Shown here: piece after piece, positions 48,164-48,356 of the stretch
How the letters are laid out: each line of letters opens with the position of its first letter
Position numbering within the stretch: the stretch's first letter is position 1
NCBI GenBank assembly: GCA_038063895.1
Contig: JBBTUG010000026.1
Coordinates: 1-48,356 of the forward strand
Source of the DNA: Patescibacteria group bacterium
GTDB lineage: Bacteria; Patescibacteriota; WWE3; JAMCXX01; JBBTUG01
Direction: 5' to 3'
DNA length: 48,356 nucleotides
The notes under the pieces: generated by a model
Databases searched by the model: none
Seen by the model: the letters and a program-made list of their open reading frames with translations, nothing else
What the model was told of the DNA's origin: nothing
Made by a program: the position numbers and the translations under genes

Positions 48164-48252
48164 ATGTACGATCGTACATATATTGTTGACATTTTCGGGT
48201 GGCCATTCTAGGGTCACAATTTCTAAATAGACTATTGCTGTTCGATCGAACA
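48164..48252 (+). promoter_or_regulatory. Sigma70 promoter TTGACA-N17-TAGGGT (48186-48214) flanked by two palindromic operator-like sites
   Basis: ATGTACGATCGTACAT (48164-48179) and TGTTCGATCGAACA (48239-48252) are both perfect palindromes. Confidence 0.6.
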
Positions 48253-48356
48253 CCAAAAGTCTACAAGAGATTTTGGAGGCTTAGGAAGGGTTTAGTGAGT
48301 ACGGTTGAAGTTGATGATGGTTTTCAAAAAGTGTTATGGAATTTAACTGCCCATCC

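Noticed and set aside
47367-48252. Possible CRISPR array or tRNA among the terminal repeats
   Set aside because: Only two dissimilar units and short tandem repeats are present, with no repeat-spacer periodicity, no cloverleaf or TTCG-arm context, and no cas genes.
1-48356. Alternative genetic code (TGA=Gly, code 25), prophage or IS elements
   Set aside because: TGA terminates several genes at ATGA overlaps and all genes are intact under code 11. No transposase, integrase or phage motifs were seen.

Overview
A gene-dense surface-glycan and glycosylation locus of 35 CDS, mostly on the minus strand, using the standard code (TGA is a stop). DUF4012- and DUF5667-type genes and the gene style suggest a Patescibacteria (CPR, Microgenomates-like) genome; this is inference. 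The window has three components. (i) Cytoplasmic nucleotide-sugar and tailoring enzymes: long-form RmlA, RmlB, an RmlD-GT2 fusion, an RfbH/E1-type 3-dehydrase, a DegT aminotransferase, two NAD epimerases/reductases, WbqC, a NodU/CmcH O-carbamoyltransferase, a SAM methyltransferase, a B12-binding radical SAM enzyme and an atypical SDR. (ii) Five GT4-like and five GT2 domains, including two probable polyprenyl-phosphate sugar synthases. (iii) About eight large polytopic membrane proteins with GT-C-like hallmarks: YfhO-like, AftD-like, a tandem HPDE pair, a TMTC-like TPR protein and a GT2-GT-C fusion. An ornithine carbamoyltransferase with HDLP in place of HCLP is translationally coupled inside the operon and may feed carbamoyl phosphate to the glycan carbamoyltransferase. 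Non-coding signals include many (extended) -10 boxes 6-13 nt before start codons (leaderless or short-leader style), a REP/RPE-like repeat pair, in-frame 7-nt tandem repeats, and a sigma70 promoter bracketed by two TGTWC-GATC-GWACA palindromes. No rRNA, tRNA, CRISPR array or transposase was seen. Family calls come from motif recognition only; no database searches were run.
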